From contig NC_007484.1 of assembly GCF_000012805.1 (NCBI RefSeq), forward strand, positions 300,001-332,000: DNA of 32,000 bases. The letters run 5' to 3'. Source of the stretch: Nitrosococcus oceani ATCC 19707. Its GTDB lineage: Bacteria; Pseudomonadota; Gammaproteobacteria; Nitrosococcales; Nitrosococcaceae. Both the position numbers and the translations under genes were made by a program. A model generated the notes under the pieces. The model saw only the letters and a program-made list of their open reading frames with translations. It was not told the DNA's origin and made no database searches. This document shows, piece by piece, positions 15,951 to 24,900 of this stretch (positions are counted from its first letter, which is position 1; each line of letters opens with the position of its first letter).

Positions 15951-17456
15951 TTATGAAGTTTTCGCTTCTTGGGCGCGTTGAATAAGATACTGGGTGAGCA
16001 AAGGCACCGGGCGTCCGGTTGCCCCTTTTTCTTTACCGCTGAGCCAGGCGGTACCGGCAATGTCCAAATGGGCCCAGCGAAACTCTTCGGTAAAGCGGGC
16101 CAGGAAACAAGCCGCGGTAATAGTGCCGGCCCCCCGGCCGCCAATGTTGGCCATATCCGCAAAATTGCTGTCCAGCTGCTGCTGGTAATCGTCCCAGAGG
16201 GGAAGCTGCCAAGCACGGTCATCACTGGTTTGTCCAGCGGCGAGCAAGTGCTCCGCCAGGCTCTGATCGTTGCTCAGTAAACCACTGGCATGGGCACCCA
16301 GGGCAATCACGCAGGCTCCCGTGAGGGTCGCCACATCAATGACCACATCAGGCCGGTAGCGTTTGCTGTAGGTCAACGCATCACAGAGAATCAAACGGCC
16401 CTCGGCATCTGTGTTGAGCACCTCGATGGTTTGGCCCGATAAGCTGGTAAGCACGTCTCCCGGTTTGTTAGCCGCGCCGTCGGGGAGATTTTCGGAGCTG
16501 GGTACGACGGCAATCACGTTGAGGGGCAATTCCAGCTCGGCGCAAGCTTGCATCGTCCCTAAAACGCCTGCCCCGCCACACATATCGTATTTCATTTCGT
16601 CCATGCGTTCCCCAGGCTTGATGGAGATGCCGCCTGCATCGAAAGTCAATCCCTTACCTACCAGCACAATGGGTTTTTGCTTGCCGGGGGCGCCTTTATA
16701 CTCCAGGGTAATGAGCTTGGGCGGCTGCCGGCTGCCCCGGGATACGGCAAGCAGCGCTCCTAACCCGAGCTTTTCCATCTCGGCTTGCTCCAGGATTTTT
16801 GCCTTTAATGACTTGTATTCTTTGGCTAATCGGCGGGCTTCGTCGGCCAAATAAGTAGGCGTGCAAATATTCCCCGGTAGATTGCCCAAGTCCCGGGCCA
16901 GGTTAACACCTTTGGCAATGGCCTGACCTTGCTGGATACCCTGTTCCGCTAGTGGTTGTTGGGAGCGTTGATCCAATAGCAAAGTGAGCTTGGCGAGCGG
17001 CTTTTTTAAGGATTCCTTTTTGCTCTTAGTGTGTTCGTAACGATATAAAGCCTGTTCAGCCGTTTCTACGATGAGCCGCGCCCATTGGGTAAGTTCCTCG
17101 TCCTTGGGCTTCGCTTCCAGCGGACAGATCATTGCCTCGGTAGCGCCACAGGCTTGTAGCGCCTTGACGGCGCCCGACCAGCTCTGGCGTAAATTCTTGG
17201 CCGTTACCTTGTCCTTCTGGCCACATCCCATCAGTAAAACCCGCTCGGCTTTAACGCCTGGGAGAGCAAAAAGCAGAAGGGCTTGTCCCTTTTTGCCGGT
17301 AAAATCTCCTTGCTTGATAAGCCGAGACACATAACCTTCGCTGGCTTTATCAATCCGCTGGGCATAGGAAGAGAGTTTTTCGTCTTCATAGATGCCCACC
17401 ACAAGGGCAGCGGTGCGTTGTTTCTCGGGGGTCCCACTGGTAACGTGAAAATTCAT
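15951..17456 (-). CDS. pepA: leucyl aminopeptidase (M17)
   Basis: VGKGLTFDAGGISIKP, MKYDMCGGA and the signature NTDAEGRLILCDAL. 501 aa. Confidence 0.95.
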   Translation of the reverse strand: MNFHVTSGTPEKQRTAALVVGIYEDEKLSSYAQRIDKASEGYVSRLIKQGDFTGKKGQALLLFALPGVKAERVLLMGCGQKDKVTAKNLRQSWSGAVKALQACGATEAMICPLEAKPKDEELTQWARLIVETAEQALYRYEHTKSKKESLKKPLAKLTLLLDQRSQQPLAEQGIQQGQAIAKGVNLARDLGNLPGNICTPTYLADEARRLAKEYKSLKAKILEQAEMEKLGLGALLAVSRGSRQPPKLITLEYKGAPGKQKPIVLVGKGLTFDAGGISIKPGERMDEMKYDMCGGAGVLGTMQACAELELPLNVIAVVPSSENLPDGAANKPGDVLTSLSGQTIEVLNTDAEGRLILCDALTYSKRYRPDVVIDVATLTGACVIALGAHASGLLSNDQSLAEHLLAAGQTSDDRAWQLPLWDDYQQQLDSNFADMANIGGRGAGTITAACFLARFTEEFRWAHLDIAGTAWLSGKEKGATGRPVPLLTQYLIQRAQEAKTS

Positions 17457-17615
17457 AACGGCTCCTAGATAAAGGTTATTATTCGTATTCTGTTTTCACA
17501 GGAATAAATAGTTAGGATGGTAAGTCATTTTAAAGGGATTGACGACTCAAAACTCAGGAATTGATACTTCATTTTACGGGAACGGGACGCCCTCAACCAG
17601 AGACTTTTGTGCGCC

Positions 17616-17652
17616 AAAACCGATTGACAATCGGTTTTTAATCTTGTAATAA
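17616..17652 (+). promoter_or_regulatory. near-consensus sigma-70 promoter overlapped by a 23-bp perfect palindrome (candidate BlaI-like operator)
   Basis: AAAACCGATTGACAATCGGTTTT (17616-17638) has 11-bp arms. The -35 TTGACA (17624-17629) sits at its centre, followed by a 17-nt spacer and the -10 TAATAA (17647-17652). ATG 17679 is preceded by AAAGGTGG. Confidence 0.65.
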
Positions 17653-17678
17653 TAATTTTTTTTAAAGGTGGCAGGGCG

Positions 17679-18086
17679 ATGCTGTCGATTCGGTCTTCCT
17701 ATCTCGGTGAGCTGGAAATTGCCGTTCTAGAATATCTATGGTCCGAGGGCGCCATGGATGCTAAGGATGTGCATCAAGGTATTGGCACCCAGCGGGGCAT
17801 TTCCTTAAATACCGTTCAATCGGCTTTGGAGCGGTTATATCGAAAAAAGCTGCTGAGCCGGGAGAAAGTCCGCCATGCTTATGTTTATGCGCCTGCGGTG
17901 CGGCGGGAAGAATTGATGGCCCAGCTCATGGGGCAAGTTGCGCATGTTTTATCCGCGGGTAAGGGCTACGATTTGCTCTCGACCTTTGTGGATTTTGCCG
18001 CTCGGGTGGATGAGCATAGCCTGGATCGGCTGGAGCAGTTGATTGCGGAGCGCCGCAGACAGCAGCAAGAGGATGATCCGCCATGA
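17679..18086 (+). CDS. BlaI/MecI/CopY-family winged-helix repressor (cysteine-free)
   Basis: LGELEIAVLEYLWSEGAMDAKDVHQGI...SLNTVQSALERLYRKKLLSREKVRHAYVYAP is the Penicillinase_R pattern. It lacks the C-terminal CxCx4CxC motif of CopY and has no Cys at all. Confidence 0.9.
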   Translation: MLSIRSSYLGELEIAVLEYLWSEGAMDAKDVHQGIGTQRGISLNTVQSALERLYRKKLLSREKVRHAYVYAPAVRREELMAQLMGQVAHVLSAGKGYDLLSTFVDFAARVDEHSLDRLEQLIAERRRQQQEDDPP

Positions 18087-19081
18087 GGGTATTGATGGAA
18101 GTTTTTCCGTTTGCTTTTGTGGCCTGGTGTGGGTTTGCCATGATAACCGCGCTGTTTTGCGCTCTCTTGTATCCTTGGGTTTGCCCCCGACTCCTGCTAT
18201 TGCCTCCGGCGCTTCGGGCCAATCAGGCGCTGGTTTGGGCGGTTGCTCCCGCCGCGGCGGGGGTGTTACTAACCGGCTTCATTTTTTTGCCCCCAGTTTT
18301 AAGCTACTTAGGGGTTGCGCCTGATCATTGCCAGCCTGCCGGGGTGGATTTTTCCTACCATTGCTTGCTGCATCCCTTTGCGGTAATGGAAAGGGATCTG
18401 CCCTGGTTTCTGCTACTTCCCTTGAGTGGGCTAGCTCTATTCTTTTTGAGCAGGATGGTTTGGGAATTGTTGCGGGCACACCGGCTCATTCGCGCCCTCA
18501 GCTTGGCCGGTTCTCCTGATATTTTTCGTGGTATTTGGGTAGTAGAAAGCGAATGGCCCTTGGCGCTTACTTCCGGTTTTTCCCAGCCCCGGATTTTTAT
18601 TTCCACAAAATTGCTGCGAGATCTTTCGCCACCGCAGTTAGCGGCTGTCTTAGCCCATGAGCGCGCCCATTTTTATCGCTATGATCCGGCCCGCTATTTT
18701 ATCGCCCGAGCGGCGGCTGGCCTCCATATTTCCTGGCTACGCCGAAAGTTGCTGGAAGACCTATCCTTGGCAGCCGAGCAGGCCTGTGACGAAGAGGCCG
18801 CCAGGCAAGTGGGTGATCGCTTACTGGTGGCGGACACCATTGTGCAGGTAGAGCGCTGGTGTTGTCGTCAACGCCGTTCCGCGCCGGTTCCCTTGCCTTC
18901 CTTTATGGGCAGCCAAGTCGTTGCACGAGTGGAATTCTTGCTGGCCAGCCCCCAGAAAGCCCAGTGGAGTTACCCAAGAATGCTCGGTGTTTGCACCGGG
19001 GTGGCGCTAAGCGGGCTCCTGCTCGCTGCCGAGCCCCTCCATCAATTGACTGAAATCATACTGGGATTCCTGGCCAGATAA
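18083..19081 (+). CDS. BlaR1/MecR1-like M56 membrane metalloprotease lacking an extracellular sensor domain
   Basis: The start overlaps the blaI-like stop (ATGA). Four predicted TM segments. HEXXH = HERAH (18656-18670). The protein ends about 12 residues after the last TM. The loop between TM2 and TM3 reads DHCQPAGVDFSYHCLLH (18323-18373). Confidence 0.85.
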   Translation: MRVLMEVFPFAFVAWCGFAMITALFCALLYPWVCPRLLLLPPALRANQALVWAVAPAAAGVLLTGFIFLPPVLSYLGVAPDHCQPAGVDFSYHCLLHPFAVMERDLPWFLLLPLSGLALFFLSRMVWELLRAHRLIRALSLAGSPDIFRGIWVVESEWPLALTSGFSQPRIFISTKLLRDLSPPQLAAVLAHERAHFYRYDPARYFIARAAAGLHISWLRRKLLEDLSLAAEQACDEEAARQVGDRLLVADTIVQVERWCCRQRRSAPVPLPSFMGSQVVARVEFLLASPQKAQWSYPRMLGVCTGVALSGLLLAAEPLHQLTEIILGFLAR

Positions 19082-19084
19082 GAA

Positions 19085-20383
19085 ATGATACCCCTTGGCT
19101 CCAGTCGTTTTTACAAAAAACCGATTATCTATCGGTTTTATAAAGTCTTGCTTGTCGTGTTGATGGTGTGGCTGGCGACGCCCTGTTTTTTAGCTGCCTC
19201 GGAAACACGCTCTTCCCCGACCCAATGGCTGACCATACGGGAAGCGGTTCGTATGGGATTGTCCCGTCCCGCCATAAAACAGTGGGTGGAGGGCCGGATA
19301 AGCATGGCGCAAAGTGAAGCCGCCCAGGCTGCCCTTTGGTCCAATCCCCAGCTTCAATATCAACGGGAGGATGCGGGAGGCAGCATTGATCAGTTTTTGT
19401 GGTTAACCCAAAAATTCGATTTTTCCGGTCGCCGGGGGCTGCAAGTTGACGCGGCACAGCAGCGAGTCCGGGCGACCCGGCAGGATACTCGACTGCGGCG
19501 CTTAGCTTTGGTTGCGAAGATACGACAGGATTTTTATCAGGCTCTGCACCAGCGGGAATTGCTCGGGAACCTGGCAAGGTGGTTGGAACGTTTGGAGGTG
19601 ATCGAGGCGGTGGTCCAGAAGCGGGAAGCCGCCGGGGTGATCTCGGGCTATGATCATTTGCGCTTGACCCGGGAACAGGCTGCCGTCCAGGCCCGCTTGC
19701 AGGGCGAGGAGGCCACCCAGCAACGTATTTGGGAACAACTTGCTGCCATATTAGGCGGGCAGGAGCAAATCATTGATTATCAGGGGGTTACCGGTGCCCT
19801 ATTACCCGACCCTCCACCCCCCTTGGCGTCGTTATTGCAAGCCATGACTTTGCGTCCCGATCTGCAACGCCTAAAGCGGCAGATGAGCGCCTATTCCTTG
19901 GAACGCCAAGCCGCTGCCCGGGGGTGGATTCCAAAACTTACCCTAAGCCTAGGGAGTAAAAGGGTAACCAATACCTCGACCTTGCGTAGTGACACCGGTC
20001 CTTTCATTGTTGCTGGGATCAACTTGCCTCTGTTTGACCGCAATCAAGCTGAGCGGGATTGGGCGAGGGCGCGGGCGCAAGTGGCTCGCAGTGAATACCA
20101 GTTAGCGCTGATGGAGGCCCAGGGAGCGGTGCGGGGCCGTTGGCGGGAGGTACAGCAACTGATTGCCACGGCCCAGGAAGTACGCCGCAGGGATGTGAAC
20201 GCGGCCAGGGCGTTAGTGCGCACGGCCAGGGCCGCCTATGAAGGGGGGGAGGTTGGGATTTTGGAGCTTCTGGATGCTTATCGGGAAGAAATGAACACGG
20301 TTGTCCGCGCTTTGGCGTTGGAACAACGGGCCCGCCAGGCCCAGATTGAACTTGAGCGGCTGATGGGAAAGGATTGGCCATGA
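19085..20383 (+). CDS. TolC-family outer membrane efflux protein (CzcC/CusC-like)
   Basis: 432 aa with a signal-like N-terminus ...KVLLVVLMVWLATPCFLAAS and two OEP-type helical repeats. It starts 3 nt after the blaR1-like stop. The start is uncertain (ATG 19085 versus TTG 19148 / ATG 19163), because the palindrome lies in the first 20 codons. Confidence 0.8.
   Translation: MIPLGSSRFYKKPIIYRFYKVLLVVLMVWLATPCFLAASETRSSPTQWLTIREAVRMGLSRPAIKQWVEGRISMAQSEAAQAALWSNPQLQYQREDAGGSIDQFLWLTQKFDFSGRRGLQVDAAQQRVRATRQDTRLRRLALVAKIRQDFYQALHQRELLGNLARWLERLEVIEAVVQKREAAGVISGYDHLRLTREQAAVQARLQGEEATQQRIWEQLAAILGGQEQIIDYQGVTGALLPDPPPPLASLLQAMTLRPDLQRLKRQMSAYSLERQAAARGWIPKLTLSLGSKRVTNTSTLRSDTGPFIVAGINLPLFDRNQAERDWARARAQVARSEYQLALMEAQGAVRGRWREVQQLIATAQEVRRRDVNAARALVRTARAAYEGGEVGILELLDAYREEMNTVVRALALEQRARQAQIELERLMGKDWP
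19117..19139 (+). promoter_or_regulatory. second copy of the AAAACCGAT-N5-ATCGGTTTT palindrome at the 5' end of the outer-membrane factor gene
   Basis: AAAACCGATTATCTATCGGTTTT has the same 9-bp arms and the same 5-nt spacing as the site at 17616-17638. It is followed by TATAAA (19139-19144). Confidence 0.55.
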
Positions 20384-21924
20384 AGATACTGAGATTTGGG
20401 TTGCTAGGATCGCTTTTTCTGTTGGCGGCTTGTAGTGCTGGCCGAGAATCACCCCAGGAGGGAACGCCCGAACTGGGGGGAATCAGTATCACTGATTTTA
20501 CCGATAAGACGGAACTCTTTGTCGAATTCTTGCCCCTAGTGGTAGGCCAGGAGTCTGCCTTTGCTGTCCATCTGACCCAACTTGAGGGCTTCCTGCCCAT
20601 GGCTCAAGGGCGCGTGATCGTGTTCCTGGGAGGAGGAGATCTTCCCCTCGAAAAATTCGTTGCCGATGGTTCCCAGGTTCCCAGAATCTTTCGGCCAATC
20701 GTCAAGCCCCAGAATCCAGGGCGGCGCCAATTGGCTATCCGGTTGGTCGCTCCGGCTTTTACCGTGACTCATTTCCTCGGCGGAGTAACGGTTTATCCAG
20801 ACTTGAAGACTGCTGCTCACGCCCATCCCCCGGAAGCGGAGAAGGAAAGGGGAATCACTTTCTTGCTGGAGCAGCAATGGCAGGTGGATTTTGCCCTCGA
20901 AGCGGTCCGGCCCCATACCTTGCGGGAGTCGGTGGCGGCTACCGGGGTGGTGCGCCCCCGTTCTGACGGCGAAGTCTGGATTCATGCGCCAACGGCAGGG
21001 CACCTGCTCACCCACGGTAGCGATTTTCCCCAGGTGGGCATGGCTGTTACGCAAGGCCAAATCCTGGCCCAGATTGCCCCCCGTATGGCGGGGGAGGCGG
21101 ACTTTGCCTCGTTACAACTGGCGGTGCAAAAGGGCCATTCCCAATATCAATTTGCTGCCCATGAGCGTCAACGCCTGGAAGATCTGTTTAAACAAAACGC
21201 CATGCCTAAACACCGTCTGATTGAGGCCCGGAAAGAGGAAACTATCGCCAAGGCTGAACTGGAAGCCGCCCAGCGCCGTCTAGCGCAGTATCAAGTCCTA
21301 TCTTCCGGGACACTTGTTGGCGTGCCTGTCCGGGCCCCTATCAAGGGTCTCCTGACCCAGGTTCAAGTGACGGCAGGCAGTTACCTGGCAACAGGCCAGG
21401 CATTATTTCATGTGGTACAAACGGACCGCCTTTGGTTGGAAGCCCGAATCGCGGAAGCGGACCTGGGGCGCTTGCACGATCCTACCGCTGCTTGGTTTGA
21501 AGTAGAGGGCTTCGAGCAGCCCTTCCGGATTGGCCCGGCCCAGGGCGCGCGGCGGGTGACGTTTAGTATGGAGGTCGATGAGGTAAGCCGGACCACGCCC
21601 CTAGTGTTCGAGTTCCCCAACCCTAACCCAGCCCTGCGTATCGGGATGTTTGCCCAGGTCCATGTGCTCACTGGCAAGAAGGTCCATGATCTCACCGTTC
21701 CCCGCTCGGCGCTGGTGGATCACAATGGCCAAGTGGTGGTTTACGTTTTGCTGGGAGGAGAGTCTTTCGAGCGCCGCAGCGTGCAATTAGGTATTCGCGA
21801 TGGTAACTATGCGCAGGTCCGTGAAGGACTGTCCGCTGGTGAGCGCATTGTTACCCACGGCGCTTACTTGGTTCATCTGGCGGCGGCTTCCCCCGCCGCA
21901 CCGGGCCATGGTCACGCTCACTGA
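20380..21924 (+). CDS. RND efflux periplasmic adaptor (membrane fusion protein) lipoprotein with an N-terminal extra domain and a His-rich tail
   Basis: ATG 20380 overlaps the upstream stop (ATGA). Lipobox LFLLAAC. HlyD/CzcB-type core (...VWIHAPTAGHL..., coiled-coil AELEAAQRRLAQY, ...VRAPIKGLLTQVQVTAGSYL...). C-terminus ...PGHGHAH. Confidence 0.9.
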   Translation: MKILRFGLLGSLFLLAACSAGRESPQEGTPELGGISITDFTDKTELFVEFLPLVVGQESAFAVHLTQLEGFLPMAQGRVIVFLGGGDLPLEKFVADGSQVPRIFRPIVKPQNPGRRQLAIRLVAPAFTVTHFLGGVTVYPDLKTAAHAHPPEAEKERGITFLLEQQWQVDFALEAVRPHTLRESVAATGVVRPRSDGEVWIHAPTAGHLLTHGSDFPQVGMAVTQGQILAQIAPRMAGEADFASLQLAVQKGHSQYQFAAHERQRLEDLFKQNAMPKHRLIEARKEETIAKAELEAAQRRLAQYQVLSSGTLVGVPVRAPIKGLLTQVQVTAGSYLATGQALFHVVQTDRLWLEARIAEADLGRLHDPTAAWFEVEGFEQPFRIGPAQGARRVTFSMEVDEVSRTTPLVFEFPNPNPALRIGMFAQVHVLTGKKVHDLTVPRSALVDHNGQVVVYVLLGGESFERRSVQLGIRDGNYAQVREGLSAGERIVTHGAYLVHLAAASPAAPGHGHAH

Positions 21925-21931
21925 AGCCGCC

Positions 21932-24900
21932 ATGATCGCCAAAATAATTCAATGGTCCCTGAAGCAACCCTTGCTGGTTCTCCTGAGTGCCGCCGCCCTC
22001 TTAGGGTGGGGAAGCATTGAGGCCCTGCGAATGCCTGTAGATGTCTTCCCCGATCTGACCACGCCCCGAGTAACGGTTGTGGTTGAGGCCCATGGCATGG
22101 CTCCGGAAGAGGTGGAAGTTCTCATCACTTTCCCTCTGGAGACAGCGTTTAATAGCGCCATGGGCGTACGGCGGGTGCGCTCTTCAAGCGGTGTTGGCTT
22201 TGCCGTCATCACGGTTGAATTTGACTGGGGAATGGGTATTTATCGAGCCCGGCAAATTGTGGCTGAGAAACTGCAATTAGTGCGTGGCGCGTTGCCGCCC
22301 GATATTCCGCCGCCAGTGATGCAGCCAGTGACTTCCATCATGGGCGAGATTATGTTCATTGCCTTGACCTCCGAGAGGCACAGCGCTATGGAACTCAAGA
22401 CCCAAGCGGACTGGGTAGTGCGCCACCGCTTGCTGGCGGTTCCAGGTGTAGCTCAGGTCATTCCCATCGGCGGCGATACCAAACAATACCAGGTCATACT
22501 CAAACCCGAGCGCCTGGTTGCCTACGATATTGCCATGGATGAAGTGGTGGCGGCCTTACGGGAGACTAACCAGAATATCTCGGCGGGGTTTTATGTGGAA
22601 GGAGGTCAGGAGCACCTTATTCATGGGATAGGCCGGGTTCAGCGCCTTGAAGATATCCGCGAAACCCTTATCGGCCAGCGTGGCGGTCAGTCCGTGTTGG
22701 TGCGCCATGTGGCGGAAGTGGCTTTGGGCCCGGCCCCCAAACGGGGCACCGGCGCTCTGAATGGGGAAGCGGCGGTAATTATTGGAATCCAGAAGCAGCC
22801 CGGCACGAATACGTTGGCCCTGACGGCGCGTCTGGATCAAGTTTTGGCCGAGCTACAGGCCTCCTTGCCGTCAGGGATGATCTTCAACACTCATATTTTC
22901 CGGCAGGCGGATTTTATCACCGTTTCTATCAATAATTTGCTGGCGGCCCTACGGGATGGGGCGATTCTGGTGGCCGCGATCGTCTTTGCCTTTCTGATGA
23001 GCACCCGGGCCAGTGTGATTACCTTGCTTGCTGTGCCCCTTTCTTTGGTAACCGTTATTCTTGTGATGAAGGCCCTGGGGACAACTTTCAACACCATGAC
23101 TTTGGGGGGGATGACCATTGCCCTGGGGGCTTTGGTGGATGATGCCATTATCGTGATGGAAAATATTGTCCGCCGCCTGCGGGAAAATCAGCAGCGGGAT
23201 AAGGGACAACGACGCTCCACCGGCAAAGTGGTCTTTGAAGCTACCCGAGAAATTCAGGGTTCTATTGTCTTTGCCACCTTGATCATTGTCTTAGTTTTTC
23301 TACCCCTGGTTTTTCTCTCTGGGGTAGAAGGTCGTCTGATGCAGCCCCTCGGGGTGGCCTACGTCGTTTCTCTGGCCGCCTCCTTGCTGGTGGCTATTAC
23401 CGTGACTCCGGTACTCAGCGCCTTACTTTTGCCTCAAGCTCGGATTGTCCAGGCGAGCCGGGAGATCTCGCTAGCGCGAAGTCTCAAAAGGCACTATGAG
23501 CGGCTCCTTGCAGCGACTATTACCCAGTGGAAAGTTATTACCTTGATTGCAATGACTGCTTTGGCTGCTGCGCTGATAACTCTTGCTGGAGTGGGGCAGG
23601 TGCTTTTGCCGAGCTTTAATGAAGGTAGCCTCACAATCAACACGATGACATTGCCAGGGACTTCCTTGGAACAATCTGATCGGCTGGGGCAAAGAGTGGA
23701 GAAAATCCTGCTGAGCTATCCGGAGGTGGTGTCTACGGCCCGGCGGACCGGCCGGGCCGAGCTCGACCCCAACGCCCAGGCCATCTATGCTTCCGAGATC
23801 GATGTGAATTTGAGGCAGGGAGAGCGGAGCAAGGAAGCTTTTTTGGCGGCCTTGCGAGCGGATTTAGCCCGCCTTCCTGGGATGCAAATCAACATTGGCC
23901 AGCCCATTTCACACCGCATCGATCACATGCTTTCGGGGACCCGCGCCAATATTGCGGTCAAGATCTTCGGGCCTGACCTCTATGAATTACGCCGGCTAGG
24001 ACAACAGGTTAAGGCCGTGATGGCAGGAGTGCCCGGTGTGGTGGACCTAGCGGTACAGCAACAGACGGATATTCCCTTTCTGACAATTAGGTTTAAACGC
24101 CAGGCCATTGCTCGCCATGGCCTGCGGGTGCAAGAGGTGGCCGAGGCGGTGAAAGGGGCTTTTTATGGGCAGCCCGTTTCCAAAATCCTGGAAGGACGGG
24201 CCAACTTTGACTTGGTCGTGCGCTATGATCCGAGAGTCAAAGCTGATCTAGAAGCAGTCCGTGCCACCTTGATGACCACCGGAAGCGGCGCTCATTTGCC
24301 TCTCCATGCACTAGCAGAGATCCGCAAAGATCGGAGTCCTAATTTCATCAGCCGGGAAGATGTTCAGCGTAAGATGGTGGTCATGGCCAATGTGGCGGGC
24401 CGGGATCTCGTCAGTGCCGTCGAGGAGATACAACAGGGTGTCCGTCAGAGTTTGTCACTGCCTGCAGGTTACCATGTTGAATATGGTGGTCAATTCAAGA
24501 GCGCCAAAGCAGCTTTCCGCACTTTATCAATCGTCAGCGTCCTAGTTATTCTGGGCATCTTTCTATTGTTATTTATGGCGTTCAATTCAGCACGAGATGC
24601 TTTCCTGGTGATGCTAAATCTGCCCCTTGCCCTGATAGGTGGGGTCGTGGGTGTTTACTTCTCCGGGGGAATACTTTCGGTGGCTTCGATCATTGGCTTT
24701 ATTACCCTGTTTGGGATTGCGACCCGTAATGGAGTCATGATGATTGCCCATATCCATCACTTGGTAGAGCGGGAGAGGGTGCGGGATCCCATGACGGCGG
24801 TGATCCGGGGGGCCAAGGAGCGTCTTATTCCCATTCTTATGACAGCCTTAGCCACGGCGCTTGCCCTCATTCCCTTGGCGTTGGGCGCGGGAGAGCCGGG

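Noticed and set aside
17525-17533. TCATTTTAA left of the efflux cassette and its reverse complement TTAAAATGA at 25056-25064 on the right, as possible terminal inverted repeats of an island.
   Set aside because: It is only 9 bp and AT-rich, so it is easily explained by chance. There are no target-site duplications or mobility genes.
21800-21931. A 44-codon N-terminal extension of the RND pump ORF (track start 21800). Similar extended track starts occur at 550, 3884, 4423, 9149, 20374 and 29650.
   Set aside because: The extensions overlap the preceding gene or lack an RBS. Internal ATGs with Shine-Dalgarno sequences reproduce the family-typical N-termini.
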